Below are positions 1 through 9,403 of a stretch of DNA of 64,000 bases, in pieces. Every line of letters begins with the position of its first letter. Within the stretch, counting starts at the first letter, position 1. Location: NCBI GenBank assembly GCA_001804285.1, contig MHFR01000048.1, forward strand, positions 43,622 to 107,621, read 5' to 3'. The notes under the pieces are model-generated. The model worked only from the letters and a program-made list of their open reading frames with translations. It had not been told where the DNA came from and did no database searches. The stretch is from Candidatus Danuiimicrobium aquiferis (GTDB taxonomy: Bacteria > Omnitrophota > Omnitrophia > Omnitrophales > Danuiimicrobiaceae). The position numbers and the translations under genes were made by a program.

Positions 1-1
1 T

Positions 2-1252
2 GGATTTAAAGAAAAGCCGGATGAAATATTGCCGCGCATTATTCCCGATAATCTGGATGAACTCGAGTATCTCTTAGTTTCTAAAATTTACCGGATGACA
101 CTTGCCGAAACGCCGAAAATCGGCGTGATTGCGCCTGAGCGGGAAATGAGCGTTGATCCGCAAATGCAGGCGTTGATGCAGCAAATGGGCCAGGCAGTTC
201 CGCCGGCACAAAAAATTGATGAATACCGCTTGATCCCGATGGCGCTTGAATATGAGGGTTATCAAACGGAACGGATTGATTTGAAAGAAAAAAGCACCAT
301 CCCCGACGATATTCGGACCTTGGTGGTTTTGGAACCGACCGACTTAACTGATGATCAGCGGTTTCAAATTAATAAATTTCTTGTTCAGGGCGGGTCGCTC
401 TTCTTAGCGGCGCAAAATTATTTCTTTGAATATGCGCCAGCCGGGCGCGGTTCGATTCAAGTTGTTCCGCAAGCGAAAAATCCCGGCGTCGGGTCGCTCC
501 TCGAACCTTGGGGGCTTGGCATTGAAGATCAATTTCTCATGGATGAGAAGCAGGAAATTTTGAGTATTTCCAGCGGCCAGCAAATGGGCCCTTTTCAGCT
601 TTCGATTCCGCTCAAACTTCCGGTGCATGTCCGTATCGACCCGGAAGGGATGAATCATGATTTATCCATTACGTCCCGGCTTCCGTCACTTCTCTATTTG
701 TGGGGTTCGGCGCTGAAAGTGGATGCGAAAAAATTAGCGGAACTGAAGTTGACCGACAAAATTCTTTTAAGTTCAAGTAGGGATTCATGGATGGTTCCGT
801 CCCAGACGACGCCGCTTTCTCCTTTTCTGATGCGGCCGACGGCATCGTATAAAAAAGGCCCGTTCCCGCTTGCCGTGTTTGTCGAAGGGCAATTTCCGAA
901 TGCATATGCGGCAGAACGGCCGAATGAAATCTTAACGCCGAAACCGGGGAAATTGATTTTAGTGGGCGCGACCACTATGTTCCAGGAACAATTACTCAGG
1001 AAGGGCGGGCATTTGAATTTCATTTTAAATTCAATGGATGCAGTCAGCTTAGGCGAAGATTTAATGCAGATCCGTTCGAAGCAACCGATTGACCGGTCGA
1101 TTAAACGGGTTTCCGCCGCCGGTAAAGTTTGGTGGAAATTCTTTGCATCCCTTTTAATTCCGATTTTGATTACGATCATCGGAGGCATGCGCATTTTCTT
1201 AAGAAAACAAATTAAAGATAATTATTTGAAACTAGTGAGAGTTGTGTCATGA
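2..1252 (+). CDS. GldG-like ABC-transporter auxiliary (gliding-motility-associated) protein, 5'-truncated at window edge
   Basis: ORF open from window start in this frame. C-terminal hydrophobic TM helix FFASLLIPILITIIGGM. Followed by an overlapping DUF4340-like gene (stop/start overlap ATGA at 1249-1252), the usual GldG neighbourhood. Family assignment by gestalt only. Confidence 0.45.
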   Translation, partial: GFKEKPDEILPRIIPDNLDELEYLLVSKIYRMTLAETPKIGVIAPEREMSVDPQMQALMQQMGQAVPPAQKIDEYRLIPMALEYEGYQTERIDLKEKSTIPDDIRTLVVLEPTDLTDDQRFQINKFLVQGGSLFLAAQNYFFEYAPAGRGSIQVVPQAKNPGVGSLLEPWGLGIEDQFLMDEKQEILSISSGQQMGPFQLSIPLKLPVHVRIDPEGMNHDLSITSRLPSLLYLWGSALKVDAKKLAELKLTDKILLSSSRDSWMVPSQTTPLSPFLMRPTASYKKGPFPLAVFVEGQFPNAYAAERPNEILTPKPGKLILVGATTMFQEQLLRKGGHLNFILNSMDAVSLGEDLMQIRSKQPIDRSIKRVSAAGKVWWKFFASLLIPILITIIGGMRIFLRKQIKDNYLKLVRVVS

Positions 1253-2835
1253 GCAAAAGGCAAATTTTTATTTTACTTGGGATTTTAGTTGTTTTTGGCG
1301 TTGCCATTTTTGTTAAAAAGCTTCATAAGCCTGTGGAATATCAAACTGAAGCGGGAAGCTCCCTGGTAATTCAGTTTGATGAAAATGTGGTTGACCGGAT
1401 TGTAATGAAGAAAATAAAGCAACAAGATGCGAAAGTGGAAGAAGCAAAAACCGAAGTTCCTACGGAGAAAAAAGCGGAAGTGGACACGAAAACTGGCGAC
1501 GCCGCAAAAACCGAAAAAGGAAAAGAAGCGAAGTCTGCGACTCCATCGGCGGAAAGCGAAAAACCAAAAGAAGTAGTTGAACAAGTGGAATTAATCAAAA
1601 CGGATGGGCAGTGGAAGATTCCCGGCAAATGGGATTCGAAAGCTGACGCAGAAAGGATTAAACGTTTGTTCAAGAGCCTTTCGGAGCTCAAAGGGGAAGA
1701 GCGTGGTAGCTCGGAAGATCTTTATGGTGACTTTGGCATCAAGGACGAGCAGGCGCTTCATGTCGTTCTTTATTCGGGGAGTAACGAAGCGCTGCACCTT
1801 CTGTTTGGCCAGAAAAAAGCCGGTTTTCAGGACTTTTTTGTCCGAAAGACAGGCTCAAATTCTGTTTATCTCGCGAGCGGAAGTCTTCTTTCGGATTTGG
1901 GGATCTATGGTGAAATAAAAGATGCGGAACTGAAGGCGGATTCGTGGCTTGATTTGAAATTGCTTGGACTTAAACCGGAATCGATTAAGAAAATCGAAAT
2001 TAAAGAAAAAGGAAAAGGAAAAGATTGGCGTGAAATCGGAGTGAATTTGCCGTTTGAAAAAGACGAAGCAAAAATAAAAGATTATTTTGCGCGGGTGGCC
2101 AATTTAAGAGCAACGGGCGTTGAAGATCCCGGCGGACTAAAAGAAAAGGTCTTTGGATTCGAAGCACCGGAAGTCGAAGCGAAAATTACAGACATGGAAA
2201 ATAAAACCATTACGATTACGGTTGGTGCGGCAAAAAAAGAATCATCAAGCGACAGTTATCTCCAGGTTTCCGGCACCCCTCAAGTTTATACCGCTTCCCG
2301 GTATGCACTTGAAACATTTAGTGTAAATGAGGCGACTTTAGTCAAAGCGAATCCGCTCGGCATCGATAAAGCGAACTTGGAATCACTTGTGGTTCACACA
2401 GCTTCTAAAGAATATGTGCTCTCGCCGAAAAAAGATTCCTGGCCCAAGTTAGATGAGTATATTTCAAAGCTGGCTTCGTTTAGCGTGAGCGGCACGGATG
2501 CTTCTATAGCGACAGCCGTACTTCCTGATTGGATTGAGATCAAGGCAGAAGGCGGTGAGCCTCTTAAAATTTCCTGTGAAACACTCGTCAAAGATGCAAA
2601 AGACGTGCTTTGCAAAAATGAGAAGAAAAAACTTTCGTTTAAAATCAGCGATGTTACCTATAAAGATTTGTTTGAAGATTTAACCCGCCTTGAAAAACCA
2701 AAGCCCGAGACTCCGGCGCCAACGGCGACGGAAGTCAAAAAAGAGGAAGTTCCCGCAGTAGCGGCAGCCCCGGTTGTAAAGCCGGAAGAGCCGAAAGCAG
2801 ATCAGAAAAAAGCAGAAAAAAAGAAAAAGAAATAA
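1249..2835 (+). CDS. DUF4340-like membrane-anchored protein with K/E-rich low-complexity regions
   Basis: N-terminal TM helix (ILLGILVVFGVAIFV). Lysine/glutamate-rich linker segments. Typical partner directly downstream of GldG-type genes. Confidence 0.45.
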   Translation: MSKRQIFILLGILVVFGVAIFVKKLHKPVEYQTEAGSSLVIQFDENVVDRIVMKKIKQQDAKVEEAKTEVPTEKKAEVDTKTGDAAKTEKGKEAKSATPSAESEKPKEVVEQVELIKTDGQWKIPGKWDSKADAERIKRLFKSLSELKGEERGSSEDLYGDFGIKDEQALHVVLYSGSNEALHLLFGQKKAGFQDFFVRKTGSNSVYLASGSLLSDLGIYGEIKDAELKADSWLDLKLLGLKPESIKKIEIKEKGKGKDWREIGVNLPFEKDEAKIKDYFARVANLRATGVEDPGGLKEKVFGFEAPEVEAKITDMENKTITITVGAAKKESSSDSYLQVSGTPQVYTASRYALETFSVNEATLVKANPLGIDKANLESLVVHTASKEYVLSPKKDSWPKLDEYISKLASFSVSGTDASIATAVLPDWIEIKAEGGEPLKISCETLVKDAKDVLCKNEKKKLSFKISDVTYKDLFEDLTRLEKPKPETPAPTATEVKKEEVPAVAAAPVVKPEEPKADQKKAEKKKKK

Positions 2836-2890
2836 ATTTTCAAAATTTTTAAAACAGGGACAAACATTGCTTATGCTTGTCCCCGTTTTA

Positions 2891-4108
2891 TTAGGAAATA
2901 TATTCCCGGATAAGTTTCTGGTGAGGGACCGGAAACGAGAGGAGAACTAAGGTTTTTTGATCGACCCAGCGGGCAGATTGAAGGTTCTTTGCTTTTTCCC
3001 TCACCCTCTCCCTTAGGGAGAGGGTGAGGGGTAAATCCATTCTCCTATATTCCCGCTTTTCCGCCCAACAGGACGGCGGATTCGCCAGTTCTCGCCAAAC
3101 AGCGCAGCGAGTCCGACGCGTATTTTGGTGGATGTTAGGTGGACGCGGGGATGACATATGAACCACAACCGGCTCAATCCATAATGTTCGGTGAGTTAAT
3201 TGATGACGAAGTACTGGCAGTTTCTTTTCGATTTCAACTTGCATTCCGTAAGCCAATTTAAATTCCTGTTGAATCGCGTCTTCGGCTGACTCACCTTTTT
3301 GCCGGATGACACTCGGAAGTTCCCACAATCCGCCCCAAATGCCGTGGTTTGGTCGCTTGCGGACGAGGAGTCGTCCGCCGTTTTGAAGAATCGCCGCCGC
3401 CATTTTTATTTCTTTAATTGCCACATTTCGAGATTTTACCGGGACGTTTAATTCTTTCCCGCATTGATAGGCTTTGCACAATTGACGGACGGGACAAATG
3501 GCGCACCGGGGATTTTCCGGGACACAAATGATAGCGCCTAACTCCATTAACGCCTGGTTGAAATCCCCCGGTTTTTTTTGAGGAACGATTTTTTCGGCAA
3601 TGGTAAACATTATTTTAATGGTGTCAGGTTTTGAAATATCTTTTCGAATATAAAAAATTCTTGAAAAGACACGCGCTACGTTTCCGTCAACCAGGGGCAC
3701 GGGTTTTTGAAATGCGATGCTTGCGATTGCGCCGGCTGTGTACCGGCCGATTCCGGGTAGTTGCCGAAGTAATGCGGGATCGGATGGAATATGGCCGCCA
3801 AATTGATTCACAATCATTTTCGCGGCCTTGTGGAGATTCCGGGCTCGCGAATAATAGCCAAGCCCCTCCCAGAGTTTTAATACACGGTCAACCGGCGCGC
3901 GGGCGAGTACCCGGATATTTGAAAACGCTTTCAGCCAGCGGTCGTAGTAGGGAAGGACCGTTTTGATTTGAGTTTGCTGGAGCATGATTTCAACGACAAA
4001 GATGCGGTACGGGTCGACGTTCGGAATCCGCCACGGCAGCCGGCGCTTATTTTTTCCGAACCAGCGTAAAAGCTTAAATTGAAATGACTTATAATTAAAG
4101 CGTTTCAT
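2891..4108 (-). CDS. mutY: A/G-specific adenine DNA glycosylase MutY
   Basis: HhH-GPD motifs (LPGIGRYTAGAIASIAF, VDGNVARV) and a 4Cys FeS loop (CxxxxxxCxxCxxxxxC: CVPENPRCAICPVRQLC). N-terminus LLRWFGKNKRRLPWR matches the MutY start, so the start is placed at M of MKRFNYKS (4108) rather than the longer track ORF. C-terminal ~55 codons read through a palindromic repeat (2998-3031). Confidence 0.85.
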   Translation of the reverse strand: MKRFNYKSFQFKLLRWFGKNKRRLPWRIPNVDPYRIFVVEIMLQQTQIKTVLPYYDRWLKAFSNIRVLARAPVDRVLKLWEGLGYYSRARNLHKAAKMIVNQFGGHIPSDPALLRQLPGIGRYTAGAIASIAFQKPVPLVDGNVARVFSRIFYIRKDISKPDTIKIMFTIAEKIVPQKKPGDFNQALMELGAIICVPENPRCAICPVRQLCKAYQCGKELNVPVKSRNVAIKEIKMAAAILQNGGRLLVRKRPNHGIWGGLWELPSVIRQKGESAEDAIQQEFKLAYGMQVEIEKKLPVLRHQLTHRTLWIEPVVVHMSSPRPPNIHQNTRRTRCAVWRELANPPSCWAEKREYRRMDLPLTLSLRERVREKAKNLQSARWVDQKTLVLLSFPVPHQKLIREYIS

Positions 4109-4230
4109 GTGTCCGAGTTTAACATGTCCGATATTATAATTGATAGAGCAATTGACCTTCGATTCTTGGGCCATTATAATCAAACCATTAGAATCATTCA
4201 GCTCAATTTATAAAAAATCGGAGAAAAAGA

Positions 4231-4788
4231 ATGGCAAAATTAGATGAACTGAAAGCCCAACTCTTACCCTTTGTTAAACAGCATGCACATATTAAACTTT
4301 CCCAGCCGATTCAATTAGCTTCGGGGAAAATGAGCAATACCTATTTTGACGGGCGACAGGTCACTTTACATCCGGAAGGGATGTCTTTATTCGCCCGTTC
4401 GATTCTCGAAGTCGCATTGCTCAGCGAAATTCACGCGGTCGGGGGTCCGTCTATCGGCGCGGATCCGATTGCGACGGCGGTATCACTTTTCGCCTGGCTT
4501 GACCGGAAGATTACGCTTCCCGCATTCTTAGTCCGGAAAGAACCGAAAAAGCACGGACTTCAGCGACAAATCGAGGGGCCCGAATTAAAACCGGGAATGA
4601 GGGTGTTGGTGGTTGAAGATGTCATCACGTCCGGCAAGTCGGTTTTACAGGCGATTTCAGCGATTGAAACACTTGGGGCCATAGTGGCGCAGGTGGTGTG
4701 TCTTGTGGACCGGAATGAAGGCGGCCGGGAAGCGCTTTCCAAATATGTGTATCAGCCGATTTTTACGAGAGATGAGGTTGAGAAATAA
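4231..4788 (+). CDS. pyrE: orotate phosphoribosyltransferase (short form)
   Basis: PRPP-binding motif VLVVEDVITSGKS. Conserved QVVCLVDRNEGG. Length ~185 aa. Confidence 0.8.
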   Translation: MAKLDELKAQLLPFVKQHAHIKLSQPIQLASGKMSNTYFDGRQVTLHPEGMSLFARSILEVALLSEIHAVGGPSIGADPIATAVSLFAWLDRKITLPAFLVRKEPKKHGLQRQIEGPELKPGMRVLVVEDVITSGKSVLQAISAIETLGAIVAQVVCLVDRNEGGREALSKYVYQPIFTRDEVEK

Positions 4789-4893
4789 TATGTATTTTCA
4801 AGCAAAACAAAATACCCGGGGCTCAGCACGGACTTTCATTGAAAACAATCAAATGTTTTCTTATCGGCAGTCAGTGCAGCCCTTGAGCTTTCC

Positions 4894-5334
4894 ATGAATC
4901 TCTTTAATGGAGCTCAATGGGCAGACAGCGGCTGTCGCCGAACTCGCCGCGGGTATTTTGTTCTGCTTGCTGCATCTACAATTTTGTGTTTAATGATTAA
5001 TTATCCGATTTCTGCTGCTTCGGAGATTACGAAAAAAGTGGATGGGCGGGTAATCCGTGTGAATGCGCCTGCGAATATGTTTGCAATTGAATATGAACAT
5101 CCGGCGACAGGCGAGCATATTGAACAGGAATTTTTGATCGATGAGCACACACGCCTTAAGAACGTAAAGAGCCTGGAAAAATTAAAAAAAGCCGCCATCA
5201 TCACTGTCGACTATCGTGTGGTTGACGGGAAGGCGAAAGCGTTTTATGTCGATCTTGTGCTGACCCAAGTTCAGTATGTGAAGCCCGAAGAATTGGCTGC
5301 CTTGATTCTTAAAATAAAACCGGAAAAAAAGTAA
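4894..5334 (+). CDS. small secreted hypothetical protein
   Basis: Signal-peptide-like N-terminus (RRTRRGYFVLLAASTILCLMINYPISAASE). No recognisable domain. Confidence 0.35.
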   Translation: MNLFNGAQWADSGCRRTRRGYFVLLAASTILCLMINYPISAASEITKKVDGRVIRVNAPANMFAIEYEHPATGEHIEQEFLIDEHTRLKNVKSLEKLKKAAIITVDYRVVDGKAKAFYVDLVLTQVQYVKPEELAALILKIKPEKK

Positions 5335-5383
5335 AAATTTTCAATTCAGACAGAATCGATTAAAATTTGGCGAAATCAATCAT

Positions 5384-6469
5384 ATGAAAAGGAGTAGAGT
5401 CGCTTTAAGTATGTTGCTGATGAGTTTGACTTTCGCTTCATGGGGTTGGACCGAGTTTCCCCCTGTGAGTCATCGCAGGGAATCGCTTCTTCAGGATGCT
5501 CTCGAGCATCGGGGAAAAGGTGAGTATGATTTAGCGATTGAGAACTATCAAAAATTGAGCAAAGAAAATCCCAACGATGCAAAACTGATACGCGAGCTTG
5601 GGGTTCTTTATTTTGAAACAAATAACTATCAGGAAGCGTTAAATTCGTTCGGAAGAAGCCTCGAATTGAATCCCAACGATGCCGAAACGGAATATAATTT
5701 GGGACAAACGTATTTGGGAATGAATGATTTATCGCGTGCGCGTTCGCATTTTGAACGGGCCTGTGAATTAAAACCCGAACATTTGGGAGCGACCTACGGA
5801 CTTGGTTTGGTATTGGATGCGACGGGCGATCCGGCTGCTGCGCAAATGTTCCGGAAGGTGATTGCGAAGGATCCGCAAATGGCAGACGCGCATTTTCATT
5901 TGGGATCGATTTATTACGGGACGAATAGATATCTTGAGGCGGAAAATGAGTTTCAACAAGCCGTCACACTTCAGCCGGCAAATATATCCGCATATTACAA
6001 TCTTGGTCTTGCCCGGATTCAACAGGAAAAATGGGAATCCGCGCGTGAAGCGTTCAAACAAATGCTCGAAGATTCGGCCATGAGGCCAAAAGCGTTATAT
6101 CAAATTGCATTTTCTTATGAAGCTCAAGGGTTTAATGAAGAAGCGGCTCAATATTACGAGGAAGTGATTCTGCTGGATCCATCGGATTTGGATGCGCAGG
6201 AACATTTGCAGGCGCTTCGGGAACATCGTTCTCTTCCGCGGGATGCCGTGAATGAAGAATCAGCGGATTTTTCTGATGGCTGGCAGGGCGGAGCGCCAAA
6301 CCAACGCACCTATGATGCAATGTTTCCAGATCCTTCCTATGAAGCGGGTTACGGGCAACAGGAATCCGGAATGGGTGGGATTAACGATGCCAAAGGGGCG
6401 CTGCTTCAGTCCGGAATTTCGATGTTGACACAAATGTTAAGTTCAAAAATGGGAAGCAAGGATGAATAG
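5384..6469 (+). CDS. tetratricopeptide-repeat protein with signal peptide
   Basis: Signal peptide MKRSRVALSMLLMSLTFASW. Multiple TPR units (xAxxYxxLGxxYxxxxxYxxAxxxF) repeated about 7 times. Confidence 0.7.
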   Translation: MKRSRVALSMLLMSLTFASWGWTEFPPVSHRRESLLQDALEHRGKGEYDLAIENYQKLSKENPNDAKLIRELGVLYFETNNYQEALNSFGRSLELNPNDAETEYNLGQTYLGMNDLSRARSHFERACELKPEHLGATYGLGLVLDATGDPAAAQMFRKVIAKDPQMADAHFHLGSIYYGTNRYLEAENEFQQAVTLQPANISAYYNLGLARIQQEKWESAREAFKQMLEDSAMRPKALYQIAFSYEAQGFNEEAAQYYEEVILLDPSDLDAQEHLQALREHRSLPRDAVNEESADFSDGWQGGAPNQRTYDAMFPDPSYEAGYGQQESGMGGINDAKGALLQSGISMLTQMLSSKMGSKDE

Positions 6470-6493
6470 AATGCAAGCGAACAGGAACACAAT

Positions 6494-7192
6494 ATGACCA
6501 TTAAAACCATCTTCTTCGATGCCGGTGGAACACTTTTTAAACCGTATCCGTCTGTCGGCGGGCTTTATGCGAAAATGGCTGCACCTTTCGGAAAAGAATT
6601 TGATCCTGATATCTTGGAAAAAAAGTTTCAAGCTGCCTGGCAAAAACGCGGAGGCCTGGCGTCTCTCGGATCGGAAACAAGCGAGGAAAAAGAACGCCAT
6701 TGGTGGGTGACGCTCGTGGAAGAAGTGTTTGAGCCGTTTGGCGGGATGCCGCATTTCGAGCAGTTTTTTGAAAAGCTCTATCAGGCGTTTGAAGAAAAAG
6801 AGTCGTGGGAAATTTTTCCAGAAGTGCTTGAGACGTTAAAAGAACTTCGTTCGAAAAAGTTGACACTTGGTATTGTTTCAAATTGGGATTTAAGGCTTCA
6901 CAAGGTGCTTAAGAGTTTGGATTTAATACAGTATTTTGATTTTATTGTCGGTTCAAGCTATGTCGGCGCGACCAAACCCCACCGGAAAATATTCGAGGAG
7001 GCGCTTTCAAAATCCGCAAGCAAACCGCATGAAGTGATTCATGTCGGAGACAGTTATCCGGAAGATATTATGGGCGCCGAGCCCCTTGGTATTCGGGCTT
7101 ATCTGATTGAACGGAACGGATCGGCCCTCAAAAATCCGGAAGTCAGAACAATCCGCTCGCTCAAAGAACTTTGTAAGCTGATTGAAGAATAG
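6494..7192 (+). CDS. HAD-superfamily hydrolase (subfamily IA-like)
   Basis: Motif I FFDAGGTL. Motif III/IV region (IVSNWD; HVGDSYPEDIMGA). Confidence 0.75.
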   Translation: MTIKTIFFDAGGTLFKPYPSVGGLYAKMAAPFGKEFDPDILEKKFQAAWQKRGGLASLGSETSEEKERHWWVTLVEEVFEPFGGMPHFEQFFEKLYQAFEEKESWEIFPEVLETLKELRSKKLTLGIVSNWDLRLHKVLKSLDLIQYFDFIVGSSYVGATKPHRKIFEEALSKSASKPHEVIHVGDSYPEDIMGAEPLGIRAYLIERNGSALKNPEVRTIRSLKELCKLIEE

Positions 7193-7405
7193 CGAACCAC
7201 CCAAATAATCATTTAGCCGATTCCCGATTTCCCCCCGAATGTTCCTTTTTTGATATTGTCATCTCCGTGGAAACGGGGATCTATCAGAATCTAAAAACTG
7301 CACGGATAGATTCCCGCCTAAAGCTTGCGGGAATGACACTAAGAAAAGGGGACACTCACGAATGTGGATGCCCTCTTTTTTGTGTGCGCCCGGCAGGGCG
7401 ATATG
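7193..7405. repeat. inserted repeat block: double-hairpin MITE core (7265-7338, minus orientation) plus a degenerate terminator-like hairpin (7346-7383)
   Basis: Contains GATCCCCGTTTCCACGG and GATTCCCGCCTAAAGCTTGCGGGAATGACA. Also AAAAGGGGACA...TGCCCTCTTTTTT. Flanked by diverged direct copies of the HAD 3' end (7130-7192 and 7406-7471). Confidence 0.6.
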
Positions 7406-7496
7406 GTGAAAAATCTTGCTACGAAAAAGATCCGATCGCTCAAAGAATTATGCAAGTTGATTGAGGATTAATGTGATGCTGTTCCGCTCGTGACAA

Positions 7497-8294
7497 TTAC
7501 TCTACAATGCTTTCGCCGCCGTCGATTCGGATCGTGTTTCCAGTCATCCAGCCTGTTTCTTCGCGGGAAAAAAGCGAGATAACTTTTGCAATATCTTCCG
7601 GAACGGTAGACCTTCCGCCCGGGTTTTTCCGAAGGGAGATTTCAAGCATTTTTTCATAACCGGGAATTTTTCGAAGCGCCGGTGTGTCCGTAACGCCGGC
7701 AAGAATGGCATTGGCCGTAATTCCGAGAGGCGCAAGTTCAAGCGCAAGCTGGCGGATATGGGATTCAAGAGCGGCTTTTGCGGCCGATACGGCTCCGTAA
7801 CTTTTCCAAACCCGGCTGCTTCCGGCACTCGTCATCGCGAAAATCCGCCCGCCTTTCGACATTAACTTTTTCGCAACTAATTTTTGCACCCAATAAACAA
7901 GACTATTTGCCATCACGTCGATCGTGGTATCCATTCTTCCTTTTGGCATTTCCTCCGCCGGATTTTCAGAAATGAAAGGTTTTAGAGATCCAAACGCAAG
8001 GGAATGCAATAAGACTTGGATGGTTGAACCGGGTATTGCTTCAAACTTTTTTTCGATGGCGGTTACGATTTCAACCATGTTGGATTCTTCGGCAGCGTTG
8101 CAATTGAAGAAAACCGCTTCGACATTTTGGCTTTGAATTTGGCGGATCACTTCTTCGGCATGCGCAATGGTTGCTTTGAGATCGAGGTGAACGCCAAAGA
8201 TATTCATACCGTCTTTGGCAAGCTGAATGGCTGTGGCTGCGCCAAATCCGCTGGATGCTCCGAGAATCAGTGCCCAACGATTTATTTTTTCCAT
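7497..8294 (-). CDS. short-chain dehydrogenase/reductase (SDR) family oxidoreductase
   Basis: N-terminal Rossmann motif ALILGASSGFGAATA. Catalytic YxxxK (SYGAVSAAK). Lies immediately downstream of etfBA. Confidence 0.7.
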   Translation of the reverse strand: MEKINRWALILGASSGFGAATAIQLAKDGMNIFGVHLDLKATIAHAEEVIRQIQSQNVEAVFFNCNAAEESNMVEIVTAIEKKFEAIPGSTIQVLLHSLAFGSLKPFISENPAEEMPKGRMDTTIDVMANSLVYWVQKLVAKKLMSKGGRIFAMTSAGSSRVWKSYGAVSAAKAALESHIRQLALELAPLGITANAILAGVTDTPALRKIPGYEKMLEISLRKNPGGRSTVPEDIAKVISLFSREETGWMTGNTIRIDGGESIVE

Positions 8295-8320
8295 AGTGGT
8301 TATTTAAAATTATTGGGTTT

Positions 8321-9355
8321 TTATTTTTTTGTGAGTAATTCGGTTACTTTTGTCATGACTTGAAACGCATCGGCTACATAAAGAACATCTGCTTTCCCTT
8401 GCGCCCATCCGCAATTTGGATCCAAATTGACTGCGCGACGTTCATTGATAAACCGCCAGCCGACCGTATGAGGTTCTTCTCCGTGACAACACGCGGCCAA
8501 CCCTTTCGGATGGCGCGGTGTCGAACCGGTTTGCCCCACTTGGTTCAGATGGCTTAAAAACGGCAACACTTCTTCGCCTTCGCTTCCCTGATCGACAAGC
8601 GATTTACTGCTTCCGAGGGAAGCGTTTGAAGAATTCAGAAAATCAAGAATGATCCGTTCAGCGTCTTTGATATGGATTTGGCCGTCGGCTTGTTTTTTTG
8701 TCCAACCGGCGCCTGCCACAAAAAGAAGAGCGGCGTCGGGCCGAATGGTTTGCGCGGTTGTTTGCGGTGCTTGAAGGCCGACTACTTTTGTTTTCTTTTT
8801 CGACTCGTCAAGCTTCATATCAATTTTTTGAAGTGTGGCAGAACCCGTTTGTGCCTGAAAAGCCGGGTAAATTCCGGAATCGACGAGAAGCAGCCAAGGC
8901 CGTTGTGTACGGCTCATCGAAGCAACCATGCGCTGACGGTAATACCAGCGCTGAATTTCTAATTTTCCGCTTCCCGTTTCAAATCCGCTCACGTGCGTAT
9001 CAATGAGGCCTTTTAACCGGTAAGCGACGCCTGGCATTGCCCGGCAAAAGCGGGAAGTGGAGGATGCGAGAACAATCGTTGCGTTTGCGGTGCGGATTAA
9101 AATTTCAAGGGCGGCAACGTCGCTTGCGTAACGGGAGCTGCCAAAATCCGCGCCCTCAACGGCATAGAATTTTGAAGCGCCGCAATTTGAAACAGCGTTT
9201 ACGGCTGATTGGACATTTTCGCCGATGAGGCCCGCGACAAATGTTGCGCCGGCAAGTTTTTTCGCGAGGTCAGAAGCCGCGGTTAATGTTTCCATGCTTG
9301 CTTTTGATAGACTGCCGTTTGATTCTGTATGTGCTATATAAAGGATTGTTTCCAT
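8321..9355 (-). CDS. etfA: electron transfer flavoprotein alpha subunit
   Basis: C-terminal FAD-binding region (LLFVAGAGW...; QVGQTG; IAVGISGA-like PKGLAACCHGEEPHTVGW; ADVLYVADAF). Confidence 0.85.
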   Translation of the reverse strand: METILYIAHTESNGSLSKASMETLTAASDLAKKLAGATFVAGLIGENVQSAVNAVSNCGASKFYAVEGADFGSSRYASDVAALEILIRTANATIVLASSTSRFCRAMPGVAYRLKGLIDTHVSGFETGSGKLEIQRWYYRQRMVASMSRTQRPWLLLVDSGIYPAFQAQTGSATLQKIDMKLDESKKKTKVVGLQAPQTTAQTIRPDAALLFVAGAGWTKKQADGQIHIKDAERIILDFLNSSNASLGSSKSLVDQGSEGEEVLPFLSHLNQVGQTGSTPRHPKGLAACCHGEEPHTVGWRFINERRAVNLDPNCGWAQGKADVLYVADAFQVMTKVTELLTKK

Positions 9356-9403
9356 AATCTGCTTTCACGTTATGGTACCGGAGTTCCGGGTACCGAGGTT
9401 CTT

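Noticed and set aside
7267-7464. 65-aa ORF (METGIYQNLKTARIDS...)
   Set aside because: Composed entirely of MITE hairpin sequence and the duplicated HAD tail in a different frame; no coding signal.
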